From an uncultured cyanobacterium (GTDB lineage Bacteria > Cyanobacteriota > Cyanobacteriia > PCC-9006 > JAAUQQ01): DNA of 64,000 nucleotides. Below the pieces are notes generated by a model. That model saw only the letters and a list, made by a program, of their open reading frames with translations. It was not told the origin of the DNA and searched no databases. The position numbers and the translations under genes were made by a program. Where the stretch lies: contig OY970368.1 of assembly GCA_963718615.1 (NCBI GenBank), positions 4,544,001 through 4,608,000 of the forward strand, given 5' to 3'. This document shows, piece after piece, positions 49,904-60,914 of the stretch (within the stretch, counting starts at the first letter, position 1; each line of letters starts with the position of its first letter).

Positions 49904-52006
49904 ATGGAAGCAATTTATGAATACGCCTGGTTAATCCCAGTGCTACCGCTGCTTGGAGCCATGCTGGTAGGCGTTGGGCTTATCTCGTTTAACCAGGCTA
50001 CCAATCGACTGCGGCAGGCTAATGCCGTCTTGATTTTGATCCTCATGGGGGCAGCGGCGACGCTGTCCTTTGCCCTTTTATGGAGTCAGATTCAAGGCCA
50101 CGAACCCTATGTCCGCATGTTTGAATGGGCGGCAGCGGGCGACTTTCGGCTCACCATGGGCTATACGGTCGATCACCTCACGACGATGATGTTGGGGGTG
50201 GTGACAACGGTGGCCATTCTGGTGATGATCTACACCGATGGTTACATGGCCCATGATCCGAGCTATGTCCGGTTCTACGCCTACCTGAGTTTGTTTAGTT
50301 CATCGATGTTGGGCCTGGTGCTCAGTCCGAACCTGGTCCAGATTTATATTTTTTGGGAGCTGGTGGGCATGTGTTCCTACCTGCTCATCGGTTTTTGGTA
50401 CGACCGCAAGGGAGCGGCGGATGCCTGCCAGAAGGCTTTCGTAACGAACCGGGTCGGTGACTTTGGTCTTTTGCTGGGGATGCTGGGGCTTTACTGGGCG
50501 ACGGGAAGCTTTGAGTTTGATGTGATGGGCGATCGCCTCACCGAACTCGTGTCCAGCGGTGCCCTCAGCGTGGGTCTCGCGGCTTTGTTTGCAATTCTGG
50601 TATTTCTCGGTCCCGTGGCCAAGTCAGCCCAGTTCCCGCTCCATGTCTGGCTACCCGACGCCATGGAAGGCCCGACCCCCATCTCAGCGCTGATCCATGC
50701 GGCGACGATGGTGGCAGCGGGTATTTTTCTGGTGGCCCGGATGTTCCCGGTCTTTGACCAAATTCCGGCGGTGATGAATGTGATTGCCTGGACCGGCGGC
50801 TTTACTGCCTTTCTAGGGGCAACGATCGCCATTACCCAAAACGACATCAAAAAAGGCTTAGCCTATTCCACCATGTCCCAGTTGGGCTACATGATGATGG
50901 CCATGGGCGTGGGAGCCTATAGCGCGGGACTGTTTCACCTCACGACCCATGCCTATTTCAAGGCCATGCTCTTTTTGGGCTCGGGGTCGGTGATCCACGG
51001 TATGGAAGCGGTGGTGGGCCATGATCCGGTATTAGCCCAAGACATGCGGCTGATGGGCAATCTGCGCAAGTTTATGCCGATTACGGCGATTACGTTTTTG
51101 ATTGGCACCCTCGCCATCTGCGGGATTCCGCCCTTTGCGGGGTTTTGGTCCAAGGACGAAATTCTCAGCTCAACCTTTGCGGTCAATCCGGCGCTCTGGG
51201 TCGTTGGCTATCTCACCGCAGGCATTACGGCCTTTTACATGTTCCGCATGTATTTCATGACCTTTGAAGGGGCGTTTCGCGGCAAGGATACCGGTATCAA
51301 GGGACAGCTCAAGGCCGAAGCGGCTGGGGTTTATGCCTTTGGGCCGGGAGCCATGCACAAGGAGGAGCTAGCAGCCTCCTACGCGGAGTCTAGCCACAGC
51401 GACGAGGGGCATGACGATCACGGGCATGACGATCACGGCCACCATAGTGATACGCCCCATGAGTCGCCTTTTACCATGACGTTCCCGCTGATGGCCTTGG
51501 CAGTGCCTTCGATGCTGATCGGTCTCTTGGGCATGCCCTTTGCCAATCGGTTTGAAGCCTTTATCTATCCTCCAGGCGAAAGCCTAGAAGCCGCAGGCCA
51601 TGCCGCAGAAGCGGGGTTTGATTGGACTGAGTTTCTGCTAATGGGCGGGAGTTCGGTCGGAATTGCCTTGGTGGGGATCACGTTGGCCTCGCTGATGTAT
51701 TCCAGGAAGGTGATTGATCCGGCGGCGATCGCCCGCAAAATCGCGCCCCTCTACTGGCTCTCCCGCCGCAAATGGTACCTCGACGACATCAACGAGATTC
51801 TCTTTGTCCAAGGCAGCCGTCGCCTAGCGCGACAGGTCCTGGAGGTCGATTCCAAGGTTGTCGATGGCGTCGTTAACCTAACGGGCTTCATTACCCTGGT
51901 GACCGGCGAAGGTCTGAAATACTTCGAGAATGGCCGGGCTCAGTTCTATGCCCTGATCGTTTTTGGGGCAGTGCTTGGCCTTGTCGTGATCTTTGGGATT
52001 ACCTGA
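49904..52006 (+). CDS. ndhF1: NDH-1 subunit 5 (NdhF1)
   Basis: YEYAWLIPVLP, FWELVGMCSY, NRVGD, KSAQFPLHVWLPDAMEGPTP; His-rich loop; start at ATG 49904. Confidence 0.96.
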   Translation: MEAIYEYAWLIPVLPLLGAMLVGVGLISFNQATNRLRQANAVLILILMGAAATLSFALLWSQIQGHEPYVRMFEWAAAGDFRLTMGYTVDHLTTMMLGVVTTVAILVMIYTDGYMAHDPSYVRFYAYLSLFSSSMLGLVLSPNLVQIYIFWELVGMCSYLLIGFWYDRKGAADACQKAFVTNRVGDFGLLLGMLGLYWATGSFEFDVMGDRLTELVSSGALSVGLAALFAILVFLGPVAKSAQFPLHVWLPDAMEGPTPISALIHAATMVAAGIFLVARMFPVFDQIPAVMNVIAWTGGFTAFLGATIAITQNDIKKGLAYSTMSQLGYMMMAMGVGAYSAGLFHLTTHAYFKAMLFLGSGSVIHGMEAVVGHDPVLAQDMRLMGNLRKFMPITAITFLIGTLAICGIPPFAGFWSKDEILSSTFAVNPALWVVGYLTAGITAFYMFRMYFMTFEGAFRGKDTGIKGQLKAEAAGVYAFGPGAMHKEELAASYAESSHSDEGHDDHGHDDHGHHSDTPHESPFTMTFPLMALAVPSMLIGLLGMPFANRFEAFIYPPGESLEAAGHAAEAGFDWTEFLLMGGSSVGIALVGITLASLMYSRKVIDPAAIARKIAPLYWLSRRKWYLDDINEILFVQGSRRLARQVLEVDSKVVDGVVNLTGFITLVTGEGLKYFENGRAQFYALIVFGAVLGLVVIFGIT

Positions 52007-52023
52007 TGTATCTGGTCCGTTAA

Positions 52024-52057
52024 CAAAAGCCCTGCATCGGTGATGCAGGGCTTTTTG
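52024..52057 (+). terminator. Intrinsic terminator after ndhF1 (possibly bidirectional)
   Basis: AAAAGCCCTGCATC-GGT-GATGCAGGGCTTTTT. Confidence 0.85.
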
Positions 52058-52280
52058 CTAGGACACAAAAGGGGCACTTAACCAAATCTTTATGGGGATG
52101 AGCCGAATTTTTGAACCCTAGCCCATGCCCTCAGTGCTAGCACCGAAAAAAAATTTTCACTTCGCCAGAAAGTTTTTATTTTCGCCAGAGAGATTGGGTA
52201 ATTTCGTAGATGGATCAACCCTTGCAAGCCCACTAAGCTGGAGACACAATCACCCAACGTGAAGTTGCAGCAGGTTACCC

Positions 52281-52661
52281 ATGGACACCACCGAAAAGCT
52301 GACCCAAGCGTTTTCTCTGAGCTTTTCTCTTCAGCCCCAAGCTGCGATCACGGATGAGACCTCAGATCCCTCTGAAAGTACCTCTGAACCTAACCCTGCA
52401 AATTCTTTGTCCCAAGCCACCGCAGAATATCTGTTACGGGCTGGAGTCGTCAATTCTGGCGATCGCCCTCACCACCATAGGGTCTCTCAGCCCTGGCGGT
52501 CCTGTCCCCCGACGACCGATTCCCCCCCAATTAACGCGGCCCAAATTACTCCTTCTATCGCTATAGCCAACGCCTCTACCCCGATTGCCCAGCCAGGAAT
52601 GGATAACCGTCCGCTGTTTCGCATGGAATTGACTTCTCGCTTTGGCTCCGCGCTGATTTAG
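52281..52661 (+). CDS. Hypothetical low-complexity protein
   Basis: 126-codon ATG ORF filling an intergenic gap; no recognisable motif. Confidence 0.35.
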   Translation: MDTTEKLTQAFSLSFSLQPQAAITDETSDPSESTSEPNPANSLSQATAEYLLRAGVVNSGDRPHHHRVSQPWRSCPPTTDSPPINAAQITPSIAIANASTPIAQPGMDNRPLFRMELTSRFGSALI

Positions 52662-52878
52662 TCCATCAAAGCCTATGGAGCTCCTTGAGTCTTTATGAAG
52701 GGTAAAGCCCAGATTTGTCTTTCCTTTACCCTTTCCCTTGCCGTCTTATTGAAAGCTTTATTCTTTTAGTTAGTTATTTTCGCTACCATCGCCCTTAGGA
52801 TTCAGAAGTCGGGTCGCGATCGCCTTATCTATATTTTCTTTTCTATAACTTCTAAAGATTTCCTCAGAGGCAAAGACT

Positions 52879-55659
52879 ATGGCCGAGATCGTCCTCGCCC
52901 AAGGCCCGCTGACCTATACGGAAAATTCAGCGGCGATCGCCCTTGGTTCCGTGACGCTGAGCGGGTTTGAGAGCATTAGTAACTTTGACGGGTTCACGCT
53001 GACGGCCAGTCTAAGTAACGGTATCTCCTCTGATCGTCTAGGCATTATTCCCGGCAGTGGAAATCTAGGGCTGGATGGTCGCCAGATTTTGTTGGGCAGT
53101 ACTATCATTGGAACGTTTACGGGCGGGATTGGGTCAACGACCCCTTTAGTGATTAGTCTAAATAGCTCGGCAACCTTGCCTGCGGTGCAGTTGCTGGTGA
53201 GCAGTTTGGGCTATTCGAATGTGTCGGATGCTTTGCCCGATGGTAATCGTACCCTTAATCTTTTTCTCTTCAAGGGGGGTACCAGTGCGAGTGCCTCTCG
53301 CGCCATTGCCGTTAGCGCGGCGGATGATGCCCCATTTGTCCTAGAACAGCTCCCCCTTTATGACGGGGACAGCAACCAGTTGCCCACGGTAGCCGGTGCT
53401 GCGCCCGGTGGCCCTTGGTTCTATTCCCTCGATCTCACCAAGGTTCCTGATGATTTTCCAATTATCACCATTCCGTTTCCATCCCTCACACTAGATTTTA
53501 GAGGCAAGGCCATTCAAGGCAATGCCTCATTAACCGCAGAGAGTGGAGGAACAATTCTCACAACGGATAATGCTGCCTACGCGGGACTGAGCAACTATCG
53601 CTTCAATTACGATGGCGTCAATTTAGCGACGCTGTCATCTGGAACGGTGCCCATTGGTCTAGAACCTGTCAGCGAAGATTTTCCCGTTCTCGATCGCAAT
53701 GCTGGCTACAGTCTTTCGTTTACAGCGGATTTATTGTCCGAATCCCGAACCACGGGAGCAGATAAAAACGGCGATGGCACCGACGATCGGGCTGGGTTTA
53801 GCGTCATTGTGATTGGCGATGATCTCAGAGGCATTGAGCTCGGGTTCTGGCCAGACCGCATTTGGGCTCAAAACGATGGCACCACCCAAGTTAATCCCGC
53901 CTTAGAACCAGACAACGCTCCGGCCAACCCCTTTCGCACCTTTTTTACCCAGGGCGAGTCTACGGCGTTTGATACTTCTGGCACAGCCGTTGCCTACGAA
54001 ATTGTCGTCAAGGGCGATCTCTACACACTCTATGCCAATGGCGCTCCAATTCTCAGCGGACCGCTGCGGACCTATAAAGACTTCAAGCCCAGCAACCAGG
54101 TGATAGAGGATACCCCCTTAGGCTCACCCATCATCGTTGTTCCGCCAAATCCCTACGAACAAAGCAATTTTATTTTCCTGGGGGACAGTACGCCAACCGC
54201 TCAGGCTAGCGTTAAGCTCGGAGATATTTCGGTCAATACGGCCAATGGTTCACCTGCGATCGCCTTCCCAACCGGCTCTCCTCCCCAACCCCCCGTCTTT
54301 CAAATCCAAGATCCCGATGCTGGGGATGGCTTAGTCCTAGTGACGCTGACGGTCGCCGAAGGCACCCTAAATCTGGCTGGTGATGTCAGCGGCGGGGTCA
54401 GCAGCAACGATATTTCGGATAACGGCACAGGGACGGTTCAGCTTCTGGGGACGCTGGAGCAGATTAATCAGACCCTGGCGGCGAGCAATGGTTTGAGCTA
54501 TCAGGTGAGTAGCGGGGCTGTGACCGCCGATGCGATCGCCGTCACTGTCAGTGCCCCGCCTGATCCCAATCTGCCCACCCTGAGTTTTACTAACTCGGTC
54601 ACGGCGATCGCCGAAAATCTCAACACGACCAGTGGCGTGAAGTTGGCGGAGATTGCGATCGCCGACGCCGACGGGGGAAACAACGAAATCGCGCTCACAG
54701 GAGCTGACCAAGCCAGTTTTCAGCTGGTTGATGGCAGTTCTGGCAAAGAACTATGGCTAGCAGAGGGGGTCGCGCTAGATTTTGAAAACCGTAGTTCATA
54801 CAGTGTGACGGTCACAGTCGACGACGCCAACCTCGGCTCCGGCCCAGAAGACAGCAAAGTCTTCACGCTCAGCGTCACCGATATTGACGAAAGCCTCTGG
54901 CTCAAGCCCAGTCGTGCCGGTGGCGTGGTCAAAATCACCGATGAGCAGCAGTTACAACTTGCCTCAGTCCGGCCCTTTATCACAGATGCCAACTGGCAAA
55001 TTCAGGCCATGGGGTCTATTAGTGCTGTGAACCAGACGGATTATGTTTGGCGCAATCAGGCCACGGGCCAAGTGGTGCTTTGGGAAAATGTCACGTTACA
55101 GCCGGGGGGTAATCCAGCGGAGCTGAGCTTGCTGGCGCAGCATGCGATGCCGGTCAAGGCCAGTGCTCTGCCGTCCGTCACGGATCGCAACTGGACCATA
55201 GCCGGTGCGGGTAATTTTAATGGGGACTCCCGCGACGATTTGGTTTGGTACAACGCATCCGCCCAAGAACTGGTGGTTTGGTATCTGGACGGTGCAACCA
55301 AGAGCGGTAGCGTTGCAGTCAATCTGAACGATCTAGAAGCCGGTTATCAGCTCGAAGGCGTCGGTGACTTTAACGGCGATGACCTGGGCGATTTCTTCTG
55401 GCGCAATGCCAACGGTGAGACGCTGATTTGGTTTATGGCGGAAGGGGCCGTGCGCGACAGCACTGCTACCCTAGAAACCTTGGCGGTGGCGGACTGGTCG
55501 GTGACGGGAATTGGGGATTACAACCAGGATGGTAAAGCCGATATTGCTTGGGGGCAGGGCAGCGTCTTTGAGGCAGGGCGGTTGTGGCTGATTGATGGCT
55601 CCGTTGATGGAAATGTCTTGCTGAAGGACCTTGCCATTTCCCCCCAACCCCTGAGCTAG
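52879..55659 (+). CDS. Large surface protein: choice-of-anchor-Y-like domain, cadherin-like domain, FG-GAP repeats
   Basis: DRAGFSVIV...GIELGFW.DRIWAQ; LDFENRSSYSVTVTVDD; GNFNGD/GDFNGD/GDYNQD repeats. Confidence 0.8.
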   Translation: MAEIVLAQGPLTYTENSAAIALGSVTLSGFESISNFDGFTLTASLSNGISSDRLGIIPGSGNLGLDGRQILLGSTIIGTFTGGIGSTTPLVISLNSSATLPAVQLLVSSLGYSNVSDALPDGNRTLNLFLFKGGTSASASRAIAVSAADDAPFVLEQLPLYDGDSNQLPTVAGAAPGGPWFYSLDLTKVPDDFPIITIPFPSLTLDFRGKAIQGNASLTAESGGTILTTDNAAYAGLSNYRFNYDGVNLATLSSGTVPIGLEPVSEDFPVLDRNAGYSLSFTADLLSESRTTGADKNGDGTDDRAGFSVIVIGDDLRGIELGFWPDRIWAQNDGTTQVNPALEPDNAPANPFRTFFTQGESTAFDTSGTAVAYEIVVKGDLYTLYANGAPILSGPLRTYKDFKPSNQVIEDTPLGSPIIVVPPNPYEQSNFIFLGDSTPTAQASVKLGDISVNTANGSPAIAFPTGSPPQPPVFQIQDPDAGDGLVLVTLTVAEGTLNLAGDVSGGVSSNDISDNGTGTVQLLGTLEQINQTLAASNGLSYQVSSGAVTADAIAVTVSAPPDPNLPTLSFTNSVTAIAENLNTTSGVKLAEIAIADADGGNNEIALTGADQASFQLVDGSSGKELWLAEGVALDFENRSSYSVTVTVDDANLGSGPEDSKVFTLSVTDIDESLWLKPSRAGGVVKITDEQQLQLASVRPFITDANWQIQAMGSISAVNQTDYVWRNQATGQVVLWENVTLQPGGNPAELSLLAQHAMPVKASALPSVTDRNWTIAGAGNFNGDSRDDLVWYNASAQELVVWYLDGATKSGSVAVNLNDLEAGYQLEGVGDFNGDDLGDFFWRNANGETLIWFMAEGAVRDSTATLETLAVADWSVTGIGDYNQDGKADIAWGQGSVFEAGRLWLIDGSVDGNVLLKDLAISPQPLS

Positions 55660-55839
55660 CCTGGAAAATTGGCTGGAAAACTCCCGTAGAGGGGTGACTT
55701 CCACGCCTCTGCGCAACAATCCGTTACTGATCCCCCCGCCAAAACTCGCCCCATCATTAAATTTCCGTAATACCTCAGCCCGAGGCCAAAAATCCCCGAT
55801 AGGTTGTGATGTAAGACATTTAACTTCGCGAGTACTCCG

Positions 55840-57474
55840 ATGGATCCAGCAACCTTCCCTTGGCTGACGACCATCATTCTCTTTCCCATCGCAGCGGCCC
55901 TCTTACTCCCGCTGATTCCAGACAAGGACGGCAAAACCGTGCGGTGGTATTCCCTGGTGGTGGGGCTGATTGATTTTGTTCTGATTATTTACGCGTTTTA
56001 CAGCCAGTATGACCTCAGCCTTCCGGGGCTGCAGCTCGCTGAAAGCTATGCCTGGGCTCCTCAGATTGGCCTGAATTGGTCCGTTGGGGCCGATGGCCTC
56101 TCCATGCCGCTGATTATTCTCACGGGCTTTATTACGACCCTTGCCATGCTGGCGGCTTGGCCGGTCACGCTCAAACCCAAGCTGTTTTACTTCCTGCTCC
56201 TGTCGATGTACGGTGCGCAAATCGCGGTGTTTGCCGTGCAGGATATGCTGCTGTTCTTCCTGGCTTGGGAGCTAGAGCTGATTCCGGTGTATTTGCTCCT
56301 GTCCATTTGGGGCGGTAAAAAGCGGTTTTATGCAGCCACTAAATTTATTCTCTACACCGCAGGTAGCTCGCTGTTTATTCTGGTTGCCGGGTTGGCCATG
56401 GCCTTCTACGGCGATACGGTGTCCTTCGACTTCCAGACCTTGGCGGCCAAGAATTACACCCTTGGCTTTGAGCTGTTGGTCTATGGCGGCTTCTTGATTG
56501 CCTATGGCGTCAAGCTGCCCATGGTACCGCTGCATACTTGGCTCCCCGATGCCCATGGCGAAGCGACGGCTCCCGTTCACATGCTCCTGGCTGGGATTTT
56601 GCTCAAAATGGGAGGCTATGCGCTCCTGCGGATGAATGCGGGGATGCTCCCGGAGGCCCACGCCAAGTTTGCACCGATCCTGATCATTCTGGGCATCGTC
56701 AATATTATCTACGCAGCGCTGACCTCCTTTGCCCAGCGCAACCTCAAACGCAAAATTGCCTATTCATCGATTTCCCACATGGGATTTGTGCTGATTGGTC
56801 TGGCCTCGTTCACCAATCTGGGCATTAGCGGCATGATGCTGCAAATGATTTCCCATGGCTTGATCGGGGCAAGCCTGTTCTTCCTGGTGGGCGCGACCTA
56901 TGACCGCACTCACACGCTCATGCTGGATGAAATGGGTGGTGTGGGGCAGAAGATGAACAAGATGTTTGCCATGTGGACTGTTTGTTCTCTGGCTTCGTTA
57001 GCGCTGCCGGGGATGAGTGGTTTTGTCGCCGAGCTGATGGTGTTTGTTGGGTTTGCCACGAGCGATGCCTATTCCCTAACCTTCCGGGTTGTGGGGGTTT
57101 CGTTGGCGGCGATCGGCGTCATTCTCACGCCGGTCTACTTGCTGTCCATGCTGCGGGAAATCTTCTACGGACCTGAAAACGAAGAACTGACTAGCCATGA
57201 AGCTTTGATCGATGCCGAGCCTCGGGAGATTTACATCATCACCTGTCTGCTTGTACCGATTATCGGCATTGGGCTCTATCCAAAGCTGGTCACCCAAATA
57301 TATGCCTCTAGCATTGATGTGCTGACCGTGCGATTGCGGGCAGCGGTGCCGGGATTGGTGCAACCGGCGGTGGCGACGGAAAATCGGACGTTGGTCCCCT
57401 CTTTTAGGGGCGATCGCGAAAAAACCATCGTGGCTCTGACAGCTCCGGCGATCGCTCCAAGCATCACCCCCTAA
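55840..57474 (+). CDS. ndhD1: NDH-1 subunit 4 (NdhD1)
   Basis: [41 protein letters not shown]. Confidence 0.95.
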   Translation: MDPATFPWLTTIILFPIAAALLLPLIPDKDGKTVRWYSLVVGLIDFVLIIYAFYSQYDLSLPGLQLAESYAWAPQIGLNWSVGADGLSMPLIILTGFITTLAMLAAWPVTLKPKLFYFLLLSMYGAQIAVFAVQDMLLFFLAWELELIPVYLLLSIWGGKKRFYAATKFILYTAGSSLFILVAGLAMAFYGDTVSFDFQTLAAKNYTLGFELLVYGGFLIAYGVKLPMVPLHTWLPDAHGEATAPVHMLLAGILLKMGGYALLRMNAGMLPEAHAKFAPILIILGIVNIIYAALTSFAQRNLKRKIAYSSISHMGFVLIGLASFTNLGISGMMLQMISHGLIGASLFFLVGATYDRTHTLMLDEMGGVGQKMNKMFAMWTVCSLASLALPGMSGFVAELMVFVGFATSDAYSLTFRVVGVSLAAIGVILTPVYLLSMLREIFYGPENEELTSHEALIDAEPREIYIITCLLVPIIGIGLYPKLVTQIYASSIDVLTVRLRAAVPGLVQPAVATENRTLVPSFRGDREKTIVALTAPAIAPSITP

Positions 57475-57501
57475 ACTCACCTCAAAAAAACTTGATTCTT
57501 C

Positions 57502-57531
57502 AAGGGTCAGCTCTAACGGCTGGCCCTTTTG
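57502..57531 (+). terminator. Probable intrinsic terminator after ndhD1
   Basis: AAGGGTCAGC-loop-GCTGGCCCTTTT. Confidence 0.6.
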
Positions 57532-57766
57532 ATTGGGCTTCCTAACCTGGCCTTCCCTCGACGGGTAAAACGGGGGGCAAAACCGACTGGCAAAACCGAC
57601 TAGCAAAACTTGTAGAAAACTTTTTGAAGAAAATCATCAAAATATGGGTATCCTAGTCCCCAATTTTTACCAAGACCGATTAACATAAGGCAGAACAAAG
57701 ATTCTAGTTCTCAAAAAAGCAACACTCTAGTTCGCACTCGCCGCGACCCTCTCAAACCTCGTCCCC

Positions 57767-58615
57767 ATGGTTTCTCCCGCCCAACGTGCGATTTCACTCC
57801 TCATCGATATGGCAGAACAAGGGGAAATTGACCCCTGGAACGTCAATGTCATTGATGTGATCGATCGCTTTTTGGAAGAACTACAGCTCAAGGATCTCTC
57901 CGGCTACTTCACCCGCTCTCAGGGGAGCTTTGGTCGTAATCGCTACGAGGCCGACCTGTCTGAGTCGGGTCAAGCCTTTCTCTATGCTTCGATGTTGGTG
58001 CTTCTCAAGGCAGACACGCTGGTTCAGCAAGAGGAACAGCAGCCAGAAGAAGAGCTAGTCGAAGATTTGAGCTTGGCAGATGCAGACACGAATGTGATTC
58101 CATTGCCCAACCATCTCGAACGGCAACTACGACGTCGGGCCGTCGCCCGTCCGCCCCAAAGTCGTCGGGTCACTTTAGCCGAACTCATTGAGCAGTTAGA
58201 GCTGATGGCTGCGGCCATGGAACTTCCCACGGTTCCTCGCCCCAAATCCCGCGTGCGTCCCCAGTCCAAACGCCAAGCCATTCGTGCTATTTCCCAGTTG
58301 GCCCACCAGGAAAACCTGGCGGAAATGGCTGCAAGCCTGGGCGAATTTATTGAAGAGGGCTGGACAGAACTGCCCGTTTGCGCCAATGGCTGGTTTGATT
58401 TTGATGACCTGGTAGCGGTGTGGCACAAAAGCCCACATAACACGTTTAGTAAAACTCTCGATCGTGTTGGGGTATTTTGGGCACTCTTATTCCTATCAGC
58501 CCAGGGCAAAGTTGAGCTGATGCAGCGGGAGTTTTACCAACGCTTAGAGCTGAGGCGAGCCGTGTTGGAAACCACAGCCCCGGTGTTAGAAGCCATGGCT
58601 GTCTCTGCCTCCTAA
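57767..58615 (+). CDS. scpA: Segregation and condensation protein A (SMC kleisin)
   Basis: GEIDPWNVNVI, SGQAFLYASMLVLLKA, FWALLFL...VEL.Q.EFY. Confidence 0.9.
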   Translation: MVSPAQRAISLLIDMAEQGEIDPWNVNVIDVIDRFLEELQLKDLSGYFTRSQGSFGRNRYEADLSESGQAFLYASMLVLLKADTLVQQEEQQPEEELVEDLSLADADTNVIPLPNHLERQLRRRAVARPPQSRRVTLAELIEQLELMAAAMELPTVPRPKSRVRPQSKRQAIRAISQLAHQENLAEMAASLGEFIEEGWTELPVCANGWFDFDDLVAVWHKSPHNTFSKTLDRVGVFWALLFLSAQGKVELMQREFYQRLELRRAVLETTAPVLEAMAVSAS

Positions 58616-58725
58616 TTGATTGTGAATGCAGGAAAATGGGTATGCTGGAGGCGTCCACCCACAGCCTTCAGCATCTGTTATCCGTGGAAGTCGTCGTGTA
58701 CCGCTGAGGAGACCTCAAGAATCCT

Positions 58726-59889
58726 ATGAAAGCCATGATTCTGGCCGCTGGCAAGGGAACCAGGGTTCGTCCCATTACCTACACCATTCCCAAGCCAATG
58801 ATCCCCATCTTGGAGAAACCTGTGATGGAGTTTCTGCTGGAGCTGCTGCGCCAGCATGGGTTCACGGAGGTCATGGTCAATGTCAGCCATTTAGCCAATG
58901 AGATCGAAAACTATTTTCGGGATGGCCAGCGGTTTGGGGTTCAGATTGCCTATTCCTTTGAGGGGCGGATTACCAACGGGGAATTAATTGGAGAGGCCAT
59001 TGGCTCCGCTGGGGGCATGCGCAAAATTCAAGATTTTCAGCCCTTTTTTGACGATACGTTTATTGTGCTCTGTGGCGATGCGCTGATCGATTTAGACCTC
59101 ACCGAGGCGATTCGCTGGCACCGAGAAAAGGGGTCGATCGCGACAATCATCATGAAATCTGTGCCGAAGCAAGAGGTTTCAAGCTATGGCGTGGTGGTCA
59201 CAGACGAAACAGGTCGGATCAACACCTTCCAGGAAAAGCCCAGTGTCGAAGAGGCCCTCAGTACTGATATCAATACGGGTATTTATATTTTTGAGCCTGA
59301 AATCTTTAATTACATTCCTTCAGGGCAAGAATTTGATATTGGCGGCGATCTGTTCCCGCTCTTGGTCGAGAAAGGGGCTCCCTTCTATGGGGTCTCTATG
59401 GACTTTGAGTGGGTGGATATTGGCAAGGTGCCGGATTATTGGCACGCCATTCGCAGCGTTTTGAGAGGGGACGTAAAAAATGTCTCGATTCCCGGCAAGC
59501 AGGTGGCTCCCGGCATTTACACCGGTCTCAATGTTGCGGTGAATTGGGACAAGGTGGATATCCAAGGACCGGTTTACATTGGCGGCATGACCCGCATTGA
59601 AGACGGCGCGAAGATCATTGGTCCGACGATGATTGGGGCGAACTGCTGGGTTTGCAGCGATGCCGTGGTGGATAACAGCGTGATTTTTGAGTATTCGCGC
59701 TTGGGGCCGGGAGTGCGTCTGGTGGATAAGTTGGTGTTTGGTCGCTATTGTGTAGATAAAACCGGGGCATCGATTGATGTTCAGGCGGCGGCCCTGGACT
59801 GGCTGATCACCGATGCGCGACAAACGTTCCCCAATCAGCCCTCGATCGAGCGGCAGGCGATCGCCGAACTCCTCGGGGCTGAATCCTAA
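58726..59889 (+). CDS. cugP: Sugar-phosphate nucleotidyltransferase (CugP-type UDP-glucose pyrophosphorylase)
   Basis: MKAMILAAGKGTRVRPITYTIPKPM, FQEKP, left-handed beta-helix tail. Confidence 0.85.
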   Translation: MKAMILAAGKGTRVRPITYTIPKPMIPILEKPVMEFLLELLRQHGFTEVMVNVSHLANEIENYFRDGQRFGVQIAYSFEGRITNGELIGEAIGSAGGMRKIQDFQPFFDDTFIVLCGDALIDLDLTEAIRWHREKGSIATIIMKSVPKQEVSSYGVVVTDETGRINTFQEKPSVEEALSTDINTGIYIFEPEIFNYIPSGQEFDIGGDLFPLLVEKGAPFYGVSMDFEWVDIGKVPDYWHAIRSVLRGDVKNVSIPGKQVAPGIYTGLNVAVNWDKVDIQGPVYIGGMTRIEDGAKIIGPTMIGANCWVCSDAVVDNSVIFEYSRLGPGVRLVDKLVFGRYCVDKTGASIDVQAAALDWLITDARQTFPNQPSIERQAIAELLGAES

Positions 59890-59936
59890 CCCCCCCGTCC
59901 TAGGCAACAGCAACAGGCAACAGGAATGGATGCCCC

Positions 59937-60914
59937 ATGGACTCCCCCATAGATGCCCTGGCGATCGCCTACACCGACATCGAACAGGCAGCGGCAAGAC
60001 TCGCCGGTATAGCCCACCGCACATCGGTTTTAACGTCGCGTACCTTTAATCACCTAACCGGTGCCGAGGTCTTCTTCAAAGCCGAAAACTTCCAGCGCAC
60101 GGGCTCATTCAAGTTTCGGGGAGCCTACAATTGCCTGTCGCAACTGTCCCCGGAGGAGCGCGATCGCGGAGTTTTGGCCTTCTCGTCGGGGAACCATGCC
60201 CAAGGGGTGGCGCTGGCGGGAAAACTACTGGGGATTCAGACGGCGATCGTCATGCCCGAGGATGCCCCCCAGGCCAAGCTAGCGGCGACGCGGGGATATG
60301 GGGCAGAAGTTTTGTTGCGCGATCGCGCCGAGCTCCAGCGTCCCACCCTCCAAACCGAGCTCCTGCAATCCCGAGGAAATGTGCTCGTTCCGCCCTTTGA
60401 TCATCCGCAGATCATCGCAGGACAAGGGACCGCTGGGAAAGAATTAATCGAAGAAACGGGTGCGTTGGATGCCCTCTTGGTTTGCTGTGGTGGCGGGGGA
60501 TTGCTGTCCGGTTGTGCACTGGCCACTAAAGCCCTAGCACCCCAATGCCAAGTCATCGGTGTTGAGCCGGAAGCGGGGGATGATATGACGCGATCGTTCC
60601 ACACTAAAACTATCCAACGCAATGCAACCGCCCCACAAACCCTCTGCGACGGTGCCCGTACACTCCAGCCCGGTCAACTGACATTGCCGATTATCCTGTC
60701 AAAGGTCGATGACCTGGTGACGGTTTCTGATGTGGAAATCATTGCCACGCTGCGATTGCTTTATGAGCGCATGAAGATCGTTGTCGAACCCACCGGCGCT
60801 TTGGCGGCAGCGGCTTTACTCCATCGGCATCTCGGCCTTGCGGGCAAACGGGTAGGCGTGATTCTCAGTGGTGGCAATGTGGATTTGCCTCGGCTAGCCG
60901 ATTGGCTGGACTAA
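59937..60914 (+). CDS. PLP-dependent threonine/serine dehydratase family enzyme
   Basis: KAENFQRTGSFKFRGA, SSGNHAQ, GGGGL, SGGNVD. Confidence 0.9.
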   Translation: MDSPIDALAIAYTDIEQAAARLAGIAHRTSVLTSRTFNHLTGAEVFFKAENFQRTGSFKFRGAYNCLSQLSPEERDRGVLAFSSGNHAQGVALAGKLLGIQTAIVMPEDAPQAKLAATRGYGAEVLLRDRAELQRPTLQTELLQSRGNVLVPPFDHPQIIAGQGTAGKELIEETGALDALLVCCGGGGLLSGCALATKALAPQCQVIGVEPEAGDDMTRSFHTKTIQRNATAPQTLCDGARTLQPGQLTLPIILSKVDDLVTVSDVEIIATLRLLYERMKIVVEPTGALAAAALLHRHLGLAGKRVGVILSGGNVDLPRLADWLD

